A DNA stretch of 64,000 nucleotides from Deltaproteobacteria bacterium (GTDB lineage: Bacteria > Myxococcota_A > UBA9160 > UBA4427), in the NCBI GenBank assembly GCA_019310975.1, contig JAFDDH010000001.1, forward strand, positions 3,613 through 67,612, given 5' to 3'. The notes under the pieces are model-generated. The model did no database searches. It was given only the letters and a program-made list of their open reading frames with translations, and had not been told where the DNA came from. The position numbers were made by a program, and so were the translations under genes. Shown piece by piece: positions 18,592 to 28,322 of this stretch (positions are counted from its first letter, which is position 1; each line of letters begins with the position of its first letter).

Positions 18592-19833
18592 GTGAGCCAG
18601 AGCCCGGGCGCCGGACGCCGCCGGCGCGTCTACTCCGTCACTGAATTCCTCAGCGGTCTGAATGCGCTCTTCGAGGATCGCGTCGGCCGGGTCTGGGTGG
18701 CTGGCGAGCTCACCAATCTGCATCGCGCCCCGTCCGGCCACAGCTACTTCACGTTGAAGGACGAGAGCGGACAGATCCGCGCCGTGCTCTTTCGCAGCGC
18801 ATCCGGCCGCGTGCCCTTCGAGCTGGAGGAAGGGCTCGAGGTGCTCGCCTATGCGGACGCCTCGATCTATGCCGCGCGCGGCGATGTGCAGCTGGTCGTC
18901 AAGCAGCTCGAGCCCATTGGGCGCGGCGCGCTGCAGCTCGCCTTCGAACAGCTGCGCGCCCGGCTCGAGCGGGAGGGGCTCTTCGATGCGGCGCGCAAGC
19001 GACCGCTGCCCGAGTTCCCGACCCGCGTCGGCGTCGTGACTTCGCCGACGAGTGCCGCCGTGCGCGACGTCATCCATGTGTCTGAGCGGCGGGCGCCCTC
19101 CGTCCCACTGCTGATCTCACCGACTCGCGTGCAGGGGGTGGGCTCCGAGGACGAGATCGCCGCCGCCATCGACCGCATTGCCGTGCAGCCGGGCGTGGAG
19201 GTCCTGCTGCTGGTGCGCGGTGGTGGGTCGCTCGAGGATCTCTGGGCCTTCAATACCGAGACCGTGGCGCGCGCCATCGCGCGCTGCCCCCTGCCGCTGA
19301 TCAGCGGCGTCGGACACGAGACAGATGTGACGATTGCCGACCTCGTCGCCGACCAGCGCGCGGCCACGCCTTCGGCGGCGGCCGCGCTGGCGCTGCCCGA
19401 CCGCAGCGGTCTCGTCGCCAGTCTGCAGCGCGATTGGCGCCGGCTCAGCGCCGGCATCCGCAATGCACTGCGCAGCGAGGGCGTGCGCCTGGCTCGCGAG
19501 CGCGACGCCCTGCGCATGCTGGCGCCGTCGGCGCGGCTCGCCCAGCAGCGCCGACGTCTGCTCGAGGCGCACCGGGGCCTCGGCCGGGCGACCCTGTTGG
19601 CCGGTGAGCGCCGCCAGGCCCAGCTCGCGCGACTCTCGGATCGGCTCCAATCGCTGTCTCCACTGGCCGTGCTCGGCCGCGGCTATGCGTTGGTGCGGCG
19701 CGAGCCCGACGCCGAGATCGTGCGCCGTCCTGCGCAGGTGTCGCTGGGCGATCGCATTGTCGTGCAACTCGCCGAGGGCCGGATCAGAGCTCGCGTCGAG
19801 AGCGCGGAGCCCGAGCCCGAAGCCCCCGGCTGA
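18592..19833 (+). CDS. xseA: Exodeoxyribonuclease VII large subunit
   Basis: SGHSYFTLKD, RGGGSLEDLWAFN, SGVGHETD, ATPSAAA. Confidence 0.96.
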   Translation: MSQSPGAGRRRRVYSVTEFLSGLNALFEDRVGRVWVAGELTNLHRAPSGHSYFTLKDESGQIRAVLFRSASGRVPFELEEGLEVLAYADASIYAARGDVQLVVKQLEPIGRGALQLAFEQLRARLEREGLFDAARKRPLPEFPTRVGVVTSPTSAAVRDVIHVSERRAPSVPLLISPTRVQGVGSEDEIAAAIDRIAVQPGVEVLLLVRGGGSLEDLWAFNTETVARAIARCPLPLISGVGHETDVTIADLVADQRAATPSAAAALALPDRSGLVASLQRDWRRLSAGIRNALRSEGVRLARERDALRMLAPSARLAQQRRRLLEAHRGLGRATLLAGERRQAQLARLSDRLQSLSPLAVLGRGYALVRREPDAEIVRRPAQVSLGDRIVVQLAEGRIRARVESAEPEPEAPG

Positions 19834-19937
19834 ATTCCGCCCGGCGCTCGCTCGACCTTGAAAGTCCTTGTACTCAAAGCGCTTTCGGCGGCCGCGACGT
19901 TGGCTCGAGGGAGCCCATGCGGTAGGCTCGGCGGGTC

Positions 19938-20324
19938 ATGGCCGGTGCCGACGCATCCACGACGCCAGACCCGAAGAAGCTCAGCTTCGAGGCCGCCCTG
20001 GCGCGGCTCGAGGAGGTCGTCGACCGCCTCGAGGGGGGCGAACTCGAGCTGGAGGCCGCCCTGGCGAGCTTCGAGGAGGGGGTGCGGCTGACCCGCCACT
20101 GTGCCGAGCAGCTTGGAGCGGCCGAGCGCCGCATCGAGGTTCTGCTGCAGGAGGGCAACGAGTGGGTGGCGCGGCCCTTCGCCGAGGCGGCCGAGCCGAA
20201 CGGCGGCGAGACCCGCGGCGTCGAAGCAGGCTCGGACGACGACCCCAACAGTGACCCCAACAGCCACAACAACAGCCACAACAACACCCACAACAACAGC
20301 GACGAGAACGAGGAAACCTTCTAG
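19938..20324 (+). CDS. xseB: Exodeoxyribonuclease VII small subunit with low-complexity tail
   Basis: SFEAALARLEEVVDRLEGGELELEAALASFEEG. Confidence 0.93.
   Translation: MAGADASTTPDPKKLSFEAALARLEEVVDRLEGGELELEAALASFEEGVRLTRHCAEQLGAAERRIEVLLQEGNEWVARPFAEAAEPNGGETRGVEAGSDDDPNSDPNSHNNSHNNTHNNSDENEETF
20241..20300 (+). repeat. 12-bp coding tandem repeat x5 in the xseB tail
   Basis: GACCCCAACAGT GACCCCAACAGC CACAACAACAGC CACAACAACACC CACAACAACAGC. Confidence 0.9.
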
Positions 20325-21163
20325 TGTCCGACGAAGTCCAGGGCTGGCTGGCCGAGCGCACCGCGCTGGTGGAGACGGTACTCGAGCGGACGCTTCCGGA
20401 TCCCGCGCGTCCGCCGCAGACGCTTCATGCGGCCATGCGCCACCTCGTCTTTCCGGGTGGCAAGCGCCTGCGTCCGGCACTCGCGATGGCGGCCTCCGAG
20501 GCGGTCGGCGGCACACCCGAGGCCGCGCTGCCGATGGCTGTGGCCGTCGAGCTCATTCACACTTATTCGCTCGTCCACGACGACCTGCCCTGCATGGACG
20601 ACGACGACCTGCGTCGCGGTCGCCCGACCGTGCACATCGAGTATGGCGAGGAGGTGGCGGTGCTGGCCGGTGACGCGCTGCAGAGCCTTGCCTTCGAGAC
20701 ACTGGCCATGGGCGCTGGCAAGGAACGAGCCGCTGCAACCATCGCGGACCTCGCGCGGGCCGTGGGGGCGGCCGGCCTCGTGGGGGGCCAGGCGGATGAT
20801 CTGACGCAGGGACCCGGCTGCGGCGACGTCGAGAGCGTTCTCTCGATCCATGCCCGCAAGAGCGCCGCTCTGATCGCCGTCTCGGTGGTGGGCGGCGCGC
20901 GGCTGGGCGGGGCCGACGAGGATCTGCTCTTCGAGCTGGACGAGTTCGGACGCGAGGTGGGTGTCGCTTTCCAGATCACAGACGATCTGCTCGACGCGGG
21001 CGAGGACGAGGGCTGCTCGCTGGTGCCTCTGCTCGGCGAGGCCGATTGCCGCGAGCGTGCCGAGGCTCTGCTCGCGACGGCGCTCGCCCGGATCGCGGTG
21101 CTCGACGAGCGTGCTGAGCCGCTACGCGCGCTGGCCCGCTTTGCGGTGCGGAGGGGCGTATGA
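20324..21163 (+). CDS. ispA: Farnesyl/geranylgeranyl diphosphate synthase
   Basis: GGKRLRP, SLVHDDLPCMDDDDLRRGRPT, FQITDDLLD. Confidence 0.93.
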   Translation: MSDEVQGWLAERTALVETVLERTLPDPARPPQTLHAAMRHLVFPGGKRLRPALAMAASEAVGGTPEAALPMAVAVELIHTYSLVHDDLPCMDDDDLRRGRPTVHIEYGEEVAVLAGDALQSLAFETLAMGAGKERAAATIADLARAVGAAGLVGGQADDLTQGPGCGDVESVLSIHARKSAALIAVSVVGGARLGGADEDLLFELDEFGREVGVAFQITDDLLDAGEDEGCSLVPLLGEADCRERAEALLATALARIAVLDERAEPLRALARFAVRRGV

Positions 21164-23061
21164 GCGGCAGGCGCCTGCTGCACGACATCGACTCACCCGC
21201 GGATCTGCGGCGCCTGCCCCGCGAGCAGGTCGAGCAGGTGGCGGACGAGCTCCGCGCCGAGATCCTCGAGCGGGTCTCGCAGACCGGCGGCCACCTGGCC
21301 TCGAGCCTGGGCGCCGTCGAGTTGATCACGGCCATCCACTACGTCTTCGACACACCGAAGGACCGCCTCGTCCTCGACGTCGGCCACCAGGGCTACCCGC
21401 ACAAGATGCTGACGGGCCGCCGCGCTGATTTCGATCAGATCGGCCAGCCGGGCGGGATGTCGAAATTCCTGCGCCGCAGCGAGTCCGAGTACGATCACTT
21501 CGGTGCGGGCCACGCGGGCACGTCCATCTCGGCCGCACTCGGGATGGCGCGCGGCAAGCGACATCGGGGTGAGGAGGGCTTGGTCATCGCGCTGATTGGC
21601 GACGGCGCCATGACGGCGGGGATGGCCTTCGAGGCGCTGAATCACGCCGGCCACCTCAAGGAGAACAATCTCGTCGTCGTGCTCAACGACAACGAAATGT
21701 CCATCTCGCCGAATGTGGGTGCCCTCTCGTCCTTCCTGTCGCGCAAGCTCAGCGCTCCCATGGTGCGGCGCATGAAGGGCTGGGCGAAGGAATTTCTCTC
21801 CGGGTTGCCGGGCGACATGCTGCACTGGGCGCGCAAGGCCGAGGAGTCGCTGAAGGTCTTCTTCTCGCCGGGGCTGCTCTTTGAGGCCTTGAACTTCCGC
21901 TACGTGGGGCCCATCCAGGGCCATCGCATGGACGTGGTGCTCGAGACCTTCGAGAACGTGAAGGAGATGATCGCCAACGGCAGTGGCCCCGTGCTGGTGC
22001 ACGCGCTGACCGAGAAGGGTCACGGCTACTCGCCCGCAGAGGCCGACCCGCTGAAATACCACGGTGTCACACAGTTTGATGTCGCCTCCGGTGAGTTCGC
22101 ACCCAAGAAGGCCGCGCCGCCCTCGTATACGCGCGTCTTCTCGGAAGCGCTGATTCGTCTGGCTGCCGAGGACGAGCGCATCGTGGCGATCACGGCCGCG
22201 ATGGCGCCGGGTACGGGACTGGACCGTTTCCAGCGCAAGTTCCCGAGTCGCTTCTACGACGTGGGCATTGCCGAGCAACATGCCGTCACCTTCGCGGCGG
22301 GGCTGGCGACCGAGGGGATGAAGCCCGTGGCGGCCATCTACTCGACCTTCCTGCAGCGGGCTTACGACCAGGTCGTGCACGACGTATGTCTGCAGAACCT
22401 GGATGTGACCTTTGCGCTGGATCGCGCTGGTCTGGTGGGTGCCGACGGGGCCACCCACCAGGGGCTGTGGGATATCAGTTTCTTCCGCAACCTGCCCAAT
22501 ACCATCGTGATGGCGCCCAAGGACGAGAACGAGCTACAGCACATGCTCGCGACTGCAATCGAGTACCCCGGACCGGCCGCGCTTCGATATCCGCGTGGGA
22601 GCGGGGTGGGAGTGCCGCTGGATCCCGACATCAAGGCACTGCCCATCGGTGAGGCCGAGCTTCTGCGCGACGGCGACGATGTCGTGATTGTCGCCATCGG
22701 CATCATGGTGCATCCGGCCATGGAGGCCGCACAGGAGCTGGCTGCGCAGGGCGTGTCGGCCGCCGTGCTGAACGCGCGCTTCGCGCGCCCGCTCGATGAG
22801 GCGCGCATCCACTCACTCGTCGAACAATGTGGTGCAGTCGTGACGCTGGAGGAGCATCGCGGGGCCGGCGGATTCGGCAGCGCGGTGCTCGAGATGCTCG
22901 CGCGCGACTCGGTCGTGGTGCCCATCCGCTGCCTCGGAGTCGACATGGAGATGGTCGAACACGGCGAGACCCGCGAGAGTGTCGGCCTCGCCACCGCCGA
23001 CATCGTGGCGGCCGCACTCGAGCTGGTCCGGGGCCGCGGCGGCGCCGACGGCTCCGCCTGA
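21160..23061 (+). CDS. dxs: 1-deoxy-D-xylulose-5-phosphate synthase
   Basis: GGHLASSLG, DVGHQGYPHK, GDGAMTAG..LNDNEMSI, GIAEQHAV, DGATHQG. Confidence 0.97.
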   Translation: MSGRRLLHDIDSPADLRRLPREQVEQVADELRAEILERVSQTGGHLASSLGAVELITAIHYVFDTPKDRLVLDVGHQGYPHKMLTGRRADFDQIGQPGGMSKFLRRSESEYDHFGAGHAGTSISAALGMARGKRHRGEEGLVIALIGDGAMTAGMAFEALNHAGHLKENNLVVVLNDNEMSISPNVGALSSFLSRKLSAPMVRRMKGWAKEFLSGLPGDMLHWARKAEESLKVFFSPGLLFEALNFRYVGPIQGHRMDVVLETFENVKEMIANGSGPVLVHALTEKGHGYSPAEADPLKYHGVTQFDVASGEFAPKKAAPPSYTRVFSEALIRLAAEDERIVAITAAMAPGTGLDRFQRKFPSRFYDVGIAEQHAVTFAAGLATEGMKPVAAIYSTFLQRAYDQVVHDVCLQNLDVTFALDRAGLVGADGATHQGLWDISFFRNLPNTIVMAPKDENELQHMLATAIEYPGPAALRYPRGSGVGVPLDPDIKALPIGEAELLRDGDDVVIVAIGIMVHPAMEAAQELAAQGVSAAVLNARFARPLDEARIHSLVEQCGAVVTLEEHRGAGGFGSAVLEMLARDSVVVPIRCLGVDMEMVEHGETRESVGLATADIVAAALELVRGRGGADGSA

Positions 23062-23828
23062 GCGCCGTCCTGGCCAGCAGGCCCAAGCGTTCCGGCAAGC
23101 AGCGGCTCGATGAGCGGCTTGTGGCGGACGGGTTGGCTGAGTCGCGCAGCCACGCGCAGGCGCTGATCCTGACCGGCGACGTTCTGGTCGACGACGTACC
23201 GGTCGACAAAGCGGGCACGCGGATCGCCGATCAGGCGGCTCTGCGCGTGCGCCGTCCGCTTCGCAGATACGTGTCGCGCGGTGGTGAAAAGCTGGCCGGG
23301 GCGCTCGAGGACCTGGGCGTCGATCCGACCGGGCTCTACTGCCTGGACGTCGGCGCGAGTACCGGCGGGTTCACCGACTGTCTGCTGCAGGCCGGCGCCC
23401 GGGGTGTCGTGGCCGTCGATGTCGGGCATGGACAGTTGCATCCGAAGCTGCGCAGTGACGAGCGAGTGCGTGTGCACGAGCGCACGAATGCGCGAGAGCT
23501 GGATGCGCGTCACGTCGCGGAGAGCGTGGATCTCGTCGTGGCCGACGTGTCGTTCATCTCGTTGCGGCTGCTCCTGCCGCACTTCGTCGAGGTCGCGCCG
23601 CAGGCCGAGCTCGTACTGATGGTGAAGCCACAATTCGAGATCGGAAGGAAGAGAGTCGGGAAGGGCGGGGTGGTTCGCGATGACGGGTTGCGGGCCGAGG
23701 CCGTTCTCTCGGTGACCGAAGCGGCCGCAGAGCTTGGCTTTGTGATCGTCGCTCAGGCAGATAGCCGGCTGGCTGGACCGAAGGGAAATCGGGAGATCTT
23801 CGTGCACTTGCGGCGGGGGCGTCGTTAG
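23058..23828 (+). CDS. tlyA: TlyA family rRNA methyltransferase
   Basis: KQRLD S4 domain, YVSRGGEKL, DVGASTGGFTD, KPQFE, GPKGNRE; start probably CTG 23058 or 23070. Confidence 0.92.
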   Translation: MSAVLASRPKRSGKQRLDERLVADGLAESRSHAQALILTGDVLVDDVPVDKAGTRIADQAALRVRRPLRRYVSRGGEKLAGALEDLGVDPTGLYCLDVGASTGGFTDCLLQAGARGVVAVDVGHGQLHPKLRSDERVRVHERTNARELDARHVAESVDLVVADVSFISLRLLLPHFVEVAPQAELVLMVKPQFEIGRKRVGKGGVVRDDGLRAEAVLSVTEAAAELGFVIVAQADSRLAGPKGNREIFVHLRRGRR

Positions 23829-23906
23829 CTGCTCGGTCGACGATCTCGTCTGTGGTGCGCCATCATCGTCCTCGACCCTTCCCAAGGGCGGGCTTCGTGC
23901 AGCGGG

Positions 23907-23926
23907 CTCGATAGAGCTCCATCGAG
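23907..23926. promoter_or_regulatory. Near-perfect 20-bp palindrome immediately before the RBS (candidate operator)
   Basis: CTCGATAGAGCTCCATCGAG followed by AAGGAG. Confidence 0.35.
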
Positions 23927-23938
23927 AAGGAGAATGAG

Positions 23939-24367
23939 TTGACGGCTCCCAAGCGGCCACTCCCACAACCGACGCCGGAAACGGCCCATTTCTGGAATGG
24001 AACACTCGAGGGCGAGCTGCGGCTGCAGCGCTGTACGTCCTGTGAGGAATCCTATTTCCCCCCGCGTCCCTTCTGCCCGAGCTGTGGGACGCGCGATGTC
24101 GAGGTGTACCCAGCGAGTGGGCGTGCCCGCCTCTATAGCTATGTGATCAATCATCGGGCGATGCCGGGATTCGAGTCCCCGTATGCGATCGCGGTCGTTG
24201 AGCTCGAGGAGGGGCCGCGCATGATGACGAATATCGTCGAATGTCCACAGACTCCCGAGGCGCTGGTACTCGATATGGAGCTCGAGGTTGCGTTTCAGAC
24301 CATGAGCGATGAAATCACCTTGCCCCTTTTCAAACCGCGCAGTCCCGCGGCCGAAACGTCGGAGTAG
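23939..24367 (+). CDS. DUF35 Zn-ribbon/OB-fold protein
   Basis: FWNG..LQRCTSC..FPPRPFCPSCG, ASGRARLYSY, VELEEGPRMMTNI. Confidence 0.92.
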   Translation: MTAPKRPLPQPTPETAHFWNGTLEGELRLQRCTSCEESYFPPRPFCPSCGTRDVEVYPASGRARLYSYVINHRAMPGFESPYAIAVVELEEGPRMMTNIVECPQTPEALVLDMELEVAFQTMSDEITLPLFKPRSPAAETSE

Positions 24368-24371
24368 AGAT

Positions 24372-25511
24372 ATGCGTTGTGCCGTGGCCATCGTCGGTGC
24401 CGCCGAGACCACAGAGCTCGGCAAGATTCCGGATCTGAGCCAGATCCAGCTACACGCGGACGCGGCGCTCAACACCCTGGCCGATGCGGGCCTGGGGCTT
24501 CGAGACATCGACGGCCTGGCGACCGCGGGCGAGAGCCCGACTGCGGTGGCCCACTATCTGGGGATCGTCCCGTCATGGGTCGACGGCACGGCGGTGGGTG
24601 GCTGCTCGTTCATGCTTCACGTCCGTCATGCGGCGGCGGCGATCGAAGCCGGGCTCTGCACTACGGTGCTCATCACTCACGGTGAGAGTGGTCGGTCCCA
24701 GGTTGGCCGCGCCGGACACTCCATGTCGTCTGCCAGTCTCGTGGGTCAATTCGAGATGCCCTATGGGCCGATGGGCCCCCCGACGATGTTCACGCTTCCG
24801 GTGCTTCGATATATGAAGGAGTACGGCATTGGCGAAGCGGACCTGGCCAGGGTTGCCGTGATTCAACGCGAATGGGCCGCGATGAATCCACGCGCGTCGT
24901 ATCGCGATCCGATCTCGATCGAGGATGTTCTCGAATCGCGCATGATCGCCTATCCCTTTCGGAAGCTGATGTGCTGCCTGGTGACCGACGGGGGAGGTGC
25001 TCTGATTCTGACTTCTGCGGAGCGCGCAAAGGACCTTTCCACTTCGCCGGTCTATGTCGTTGGATCCGGCGAGGCGGTCGAGACCCCGATGGTGAGCCAA
25101 ATGGAAGACTTCACCTCGTCACGGGCGTTTCGGCTTGCCGGCCAGGCTGCGTTTGCGTCTTCGGGCATAGCGCACGCCGACGTGGATCATTTGATGATCT
25201 ACGACGCATTCGCCCATCTTCCGCTCTACGGTCTCGAGGATCTCGGCTTCGTGAAGAGGGGAGAGGCGGCCGCTTTCGTTCGCGATCGCAATACGGCACC
25301 CGGCGGCGCGTTGCCCCTCAACACCAATGGCGGTGGACTCTCCTATATGCACTCGGGCATGTACGGGATGTACGCGTTGCAGGAGAGCGTTCGCCAGCTG
25401 CGCGGTCGGGCAGCGGCTCAGGTAAAGGAAGCCAGCATCTCGCTCTGTCTCGGTGTGGGGGGCATGTTCGGTGCCTCCGGTGTGGTCATCCTCTCGAACG
25501 AGATCTTGTGA
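24372..25511 (+). CDS. Thiolase-like protein (Ltp2-type)
   Basis: AVAIVGAAET, CCLVTDGGGA, IYDAF, LNTNGGGLSYMH. Confidence 0.9.
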   Translation: MRCAVAIVGAAETTELGKIPDLSQIQLHADAALNTLADAGLGLRDIDGLATAGESPTAVAHYLGIVPSWVDGTAVGGCSFMLHVRHAAAAIEAGLCTTVLITHGESGRSQVGRAGHSMSSASLVGQFEMPYGPMGPPTMFTLPVLRYMKEYGIGEADLARVAVIQREWAAMNPRASYRDPISIEDVLESRMIAYPFRKLMCCLVTDGGGALILTSAERAKDLSTSPVYVVGSGEAVETPMVSQMEDFTSSRAFRLAGQAAFASSGIAHADVDHLMIYDAFAHLPLYGLEDLGFVKRGEAAAFVRDRNTAPGGALPLNTNGGGLSYMHSGMYGMYALQESVRQLRGRAAAQVKEASISLCLGVGGMFGASGVVILSNEIL

Positions 25512-25559
25512 GACCCTTCAGCCGGTAGACTGATGGGAAGAGTTCACGAGGAGTGAATC

Positions 25560-26420
25560 ATGGGCAAGCTCGAAGGCAAAGTTGCACTGGTGACGGGAGC
25601 CAGCCGGGGAATTGGCCAGGCGATCGCCGAGCTCTTCGCCGACGAGGGCGCGAACGTCGCTTGCACGGCGCGGACCCTCGAGGAGGGCTCGCATAAGCTG
25701 CTCGAGGGTTCCCTGGACAGAACCGTTTCGAAGATTCGCGAGCGCGGTGGTCGGGCGATCCCCGTGGTCTGCGATGTGTCGGAGTACGCGAATTGTGAAG
25801 CGGCTGTGTCGGAGGTCCGGGCAGCGTTGGGCCCGATCGATGTCCTCGTCAACAATGCTGCGCTCACTTACTTCATACCGATCCAGGATTTCCCGATTGC
25901 GAAGTGGCATCGCAGCTTTGCGGTGAACCTACACGCTCCCTTCTATCTCGCGCAGCTCGTCCTCGGCGACATGCTCGAGGCCGAGAGTGGCGCCATCGTG
26001 AATATTTCGAGCGGCGCGGCGATTGGCCCCGGGCGCGGCCCCTATTCGGATCCCGTTCAGCGCGTGCGGGGTGGAACACTCTACGGCGCCGAAAAGGCCG
26101 CCCTCGAGCGCTTCACGCAGGGTCTCGCAGCGGAGGTCTACTCGAAGAATGTATCCGTCACCTGCGTGAGCCCGTCGCAGGTCGTCGCGACCCCGGGCAC
26201 GCTGCACCATCGGCTGGTCAAGGATATGGACGATCCGCGCGCTGAGCCTGTCGAGTACATGGCCCGTTCGGTCCTGCTTCTCGCGACCGAGCCGGCCGCG
26301 AAGCTCAGCGGGCGAGTCACCTACAGCCAGGAGATCCTGGCCGAATACGGCGAGCTCGATGCGGCCGAGGCCAGGGGATTGGGGGGTGAGCGCGCGGGAT
26401 CCGGATTCTCCAAGGTCTGA
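25560..26420 (+). CDS. SDR family oxidoreductase
   Basis: TGASRGIG, VNNAA, YGAEK. Confidence 0.92.
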   Translation: MGKLEGKVALVTGASRGIGQAIAELFADEGANVACTARTLEEGSHKLLEGSLDRTVSKIRERGGRAIPVVCDVSEYANCEAAVSEVRAALGPIDVLVNNAALTYFIPIQDFPIAKWHRSFAVNLHAPFYLAQLVLGDMLEAESGAIVNISSGAAIGPGRGPYSDPVQRVRGGTLYGAEKAALERFTQGLAAEVYSKNVSVTCVSPSQVVATPGTLHHRLVKDMDDPRAEPVEYMARSVLLLATEPAAKLSGRVTYSQEILAEYGELDAAEARGLGGERAGSGFSKV

Positions 26421-26450
26421 GGTCTCACGGGGGAGTATCTCGCGCGCCGG

Positions 26451-27359
26451 CTAGATAAGCTCCGGCGTTGCTTCCTTGGCGGCGCGTTCATCGCACACCC
26501 GCTTCGCCTCCAGGAGACTGGGGATCACGCCATCGAGCTGATCCAGGGTCCAGAGCTCGTCGGACTTGAAAGTGCGAATCAGCGTGGGTTGCTGCATGAT
26601 GGCGACGGTGCCCCGCGAGACATGAATGATCTCGCCATTGACTGCCTTCCCGGCGGGTGACGCGAGCCACGTGACCACCGGTGCAATCTGCTGAGGCCCC
26701 CGCGTGGGATCACTCGTATCGACCGCGAGCCCACGACCTTCGATCAGCGGGATCGTCATGCGCGTCGCAGCGCCGGGCGAGATCGTATTCACGGTCGCCT
26801 CGTATTTCTCGAGCTCGAGGGAGACGACCCGGCTGAAGCCTGCAATCCCCGCCTTGGCGGCGCCGTAGTTCGCTTGACCAAAATTGCCGAAGAGGCCGGA
26901 GACAGACGAGAAGTTGATCACCCGACATCCAAGACGATTGGTCTCGCGGATGTACCTTGCAAACGGACGCGTGCAGCAGTAGTGACCCTTGAGGTGGACG
27001 TTCAGGACAGCGTCCCAATCTTCTTCCTCCATGTTGAAGAGCGTGCGATCTCGCAAGATGCCGGCATTGTTGACCAGGATGTCGAGACCACCGAAGGCGT
27101 CGATGGCGGTCTGAAAGATGGCCTGGCCGCCGGAAACCGTGGCGACCGAGTCGTGGCTCGCAACCGCCTCGCCACCGGCCTTTCGGATCTCTTCCACCAC
27201 CTCATCTGCAACGGGCGATTGGCCGCTCCCGTCCGTCGCGCCGCCGAGATCGTTGACCACGACGCGTGCTCCCTGCTTCGCAAAGTAGAGGGCGATATCA
27301 CGACCAATGCCGCGTCCCGACCCCGTGACAATGGCGATGCGTCGATCCAATACACCCAT
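26451..27359 (-). CDS. SDR family oxidoreductase (hydroxyacyl-CoA dehydrogenase/MFE-2-like)
   Basis: TGSGRGIG, VVVNDLG, NNAGILRD, GQANYGAAK. Confidence 0.92.
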   Translation of the reverse strand: MGVLDRRIAIVTGSGRGIGRDIALYFAKQGARVVVNDLGGATDGSGQSPVADEVVEEIRKAGGEAVASHDSVATVSGGQAIFQTAIDAFGGLDILVNNAGILRDRTLFNMEEEDWDAVLNVHLKGHYCCTRPFARYIRETNRLGCRVINFSSVSGLFGNFGQANYGAAKAGIAGFSRVVSLELEKYEATVNTISPGAATRMTIPLIEGRGLAVDTSDPTRGPQQIAPVVTWLASPAGKAVNGEIIHVSRGTVAIMQQPTLIRTFKSDELWTLDQLDGVIPSLLEAKRVCDERAAKEATPELI

Positions 27360-27456
27360 CGGTCGATCCTCCAAGCTCCTACGCCTTCCTGTGTGTTTCG
27401 ATGATAGATCGGATCGCAGGGGCTGCTAGCAGCCTGGCTCATCTTGGGTCGGGCTC

Positions 27457-28236
27457 CTACGTGCACGATGGGTGCGGGCTCGTCGAAGATTTCCGCGCCG
27501 TGACGACCTGCGCTCGGTGCCCCATCCCGCTCGGGTCTCCGGCATCGACGATCTCGGCCAGGGTGAAGCCGGCGGCGCGCAGTCGCTGGACGATATCTCG
27601 ACCATAGTCGCGGAAGACCAGCACCTTGCCGCTGCCACGGATCAGATCGTCGTGATAGTTCGGTGGGTGGATGTGTCGCAGCCCGCCCTCCTCGACCAGG
27701 GCCCGCTCCAACGTCTCTTCCGAGTCGGAGAGAGGGACGGTGAAGATCAGCTGGCCACCCGGACGCAGCACCCGGTGCAGCTCCCGGAAGCCGCGCCGGT
27801 CATCGGGCACGTGCTCGAAGACCTCTGTGCTGGTACATAGATCGAAGGACTCGTCGTCGAAGGTGAGAGCCTGAAGGTCTTCGCAGCGGACGCCACCTCG
27901 CTCCTGGCCCGGCTGCACGTCATCGAAGAAGTCTGAGTAGACGAGCTCCCGGGCTTCTCGGCGTAGGAAGTCGAAGAGTGGTCCACGAGACGAGGCCTCG
28001 TAGACGCGGCTCTGCGAGAGATCCCCGAAGCGTTCGCGGACCACCGCTGCGATCCCCATCGCGATCGGTGAGGCCCCGCAGCGCACGCAGCGCGTGCCGA
28101 GTTGATCGCGTTGCAGCTTGAGGAAGAGCGTCGGACCGCAGAGCGGACAGCCGCCGACGCGAGCCCGCAGCTCCCGCCAGTCGAGGCTGTCCACCACGAA
28201 TCGCAGCTTCTGTCCCAGCCTCAGATCCGAGGCCAT
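27457..28236 (-). CDS. Class I SAM-dependent methyltransferase with N-terminal Zn ribbon
   Basis: CPLCG..CVRCG; EDLQALTFDDESFDL, EVFEHVPD, RVLRPGG. Confidence 0.85.
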   Translation of the reverse strand: MASDLRLGQKLRFVVDSLDWRELRARVGGCPLCGPTLFLKLQRDQLGTRCVRCGASPIAMGIAAVVRERFGDLSQSRVYEASSRGPLFDFLRREARELVYSDFFDDVQPGQERGGVRCEDLQALTFDDESFDLCTSTEVFEHVPDDRRGFRELHRVLRPGGQLIFTVPLSDSEETLERALVEEGGLRHIHPPNYHDDLIRGSGKVLVFRDYGRDIVQRLRAAGFTLAEIVDAGDPSGMGHRAQVVTARKSSTSPHPSCT

Positions 28237-28322
28237 CGGCACCTCCCGCGGGTTTCTGCGCGCTGATCTTCTTGATGTCGAGACACGGATCGCCGCGCTC
28301 GACGCTCGCAACGGACGTGCGG

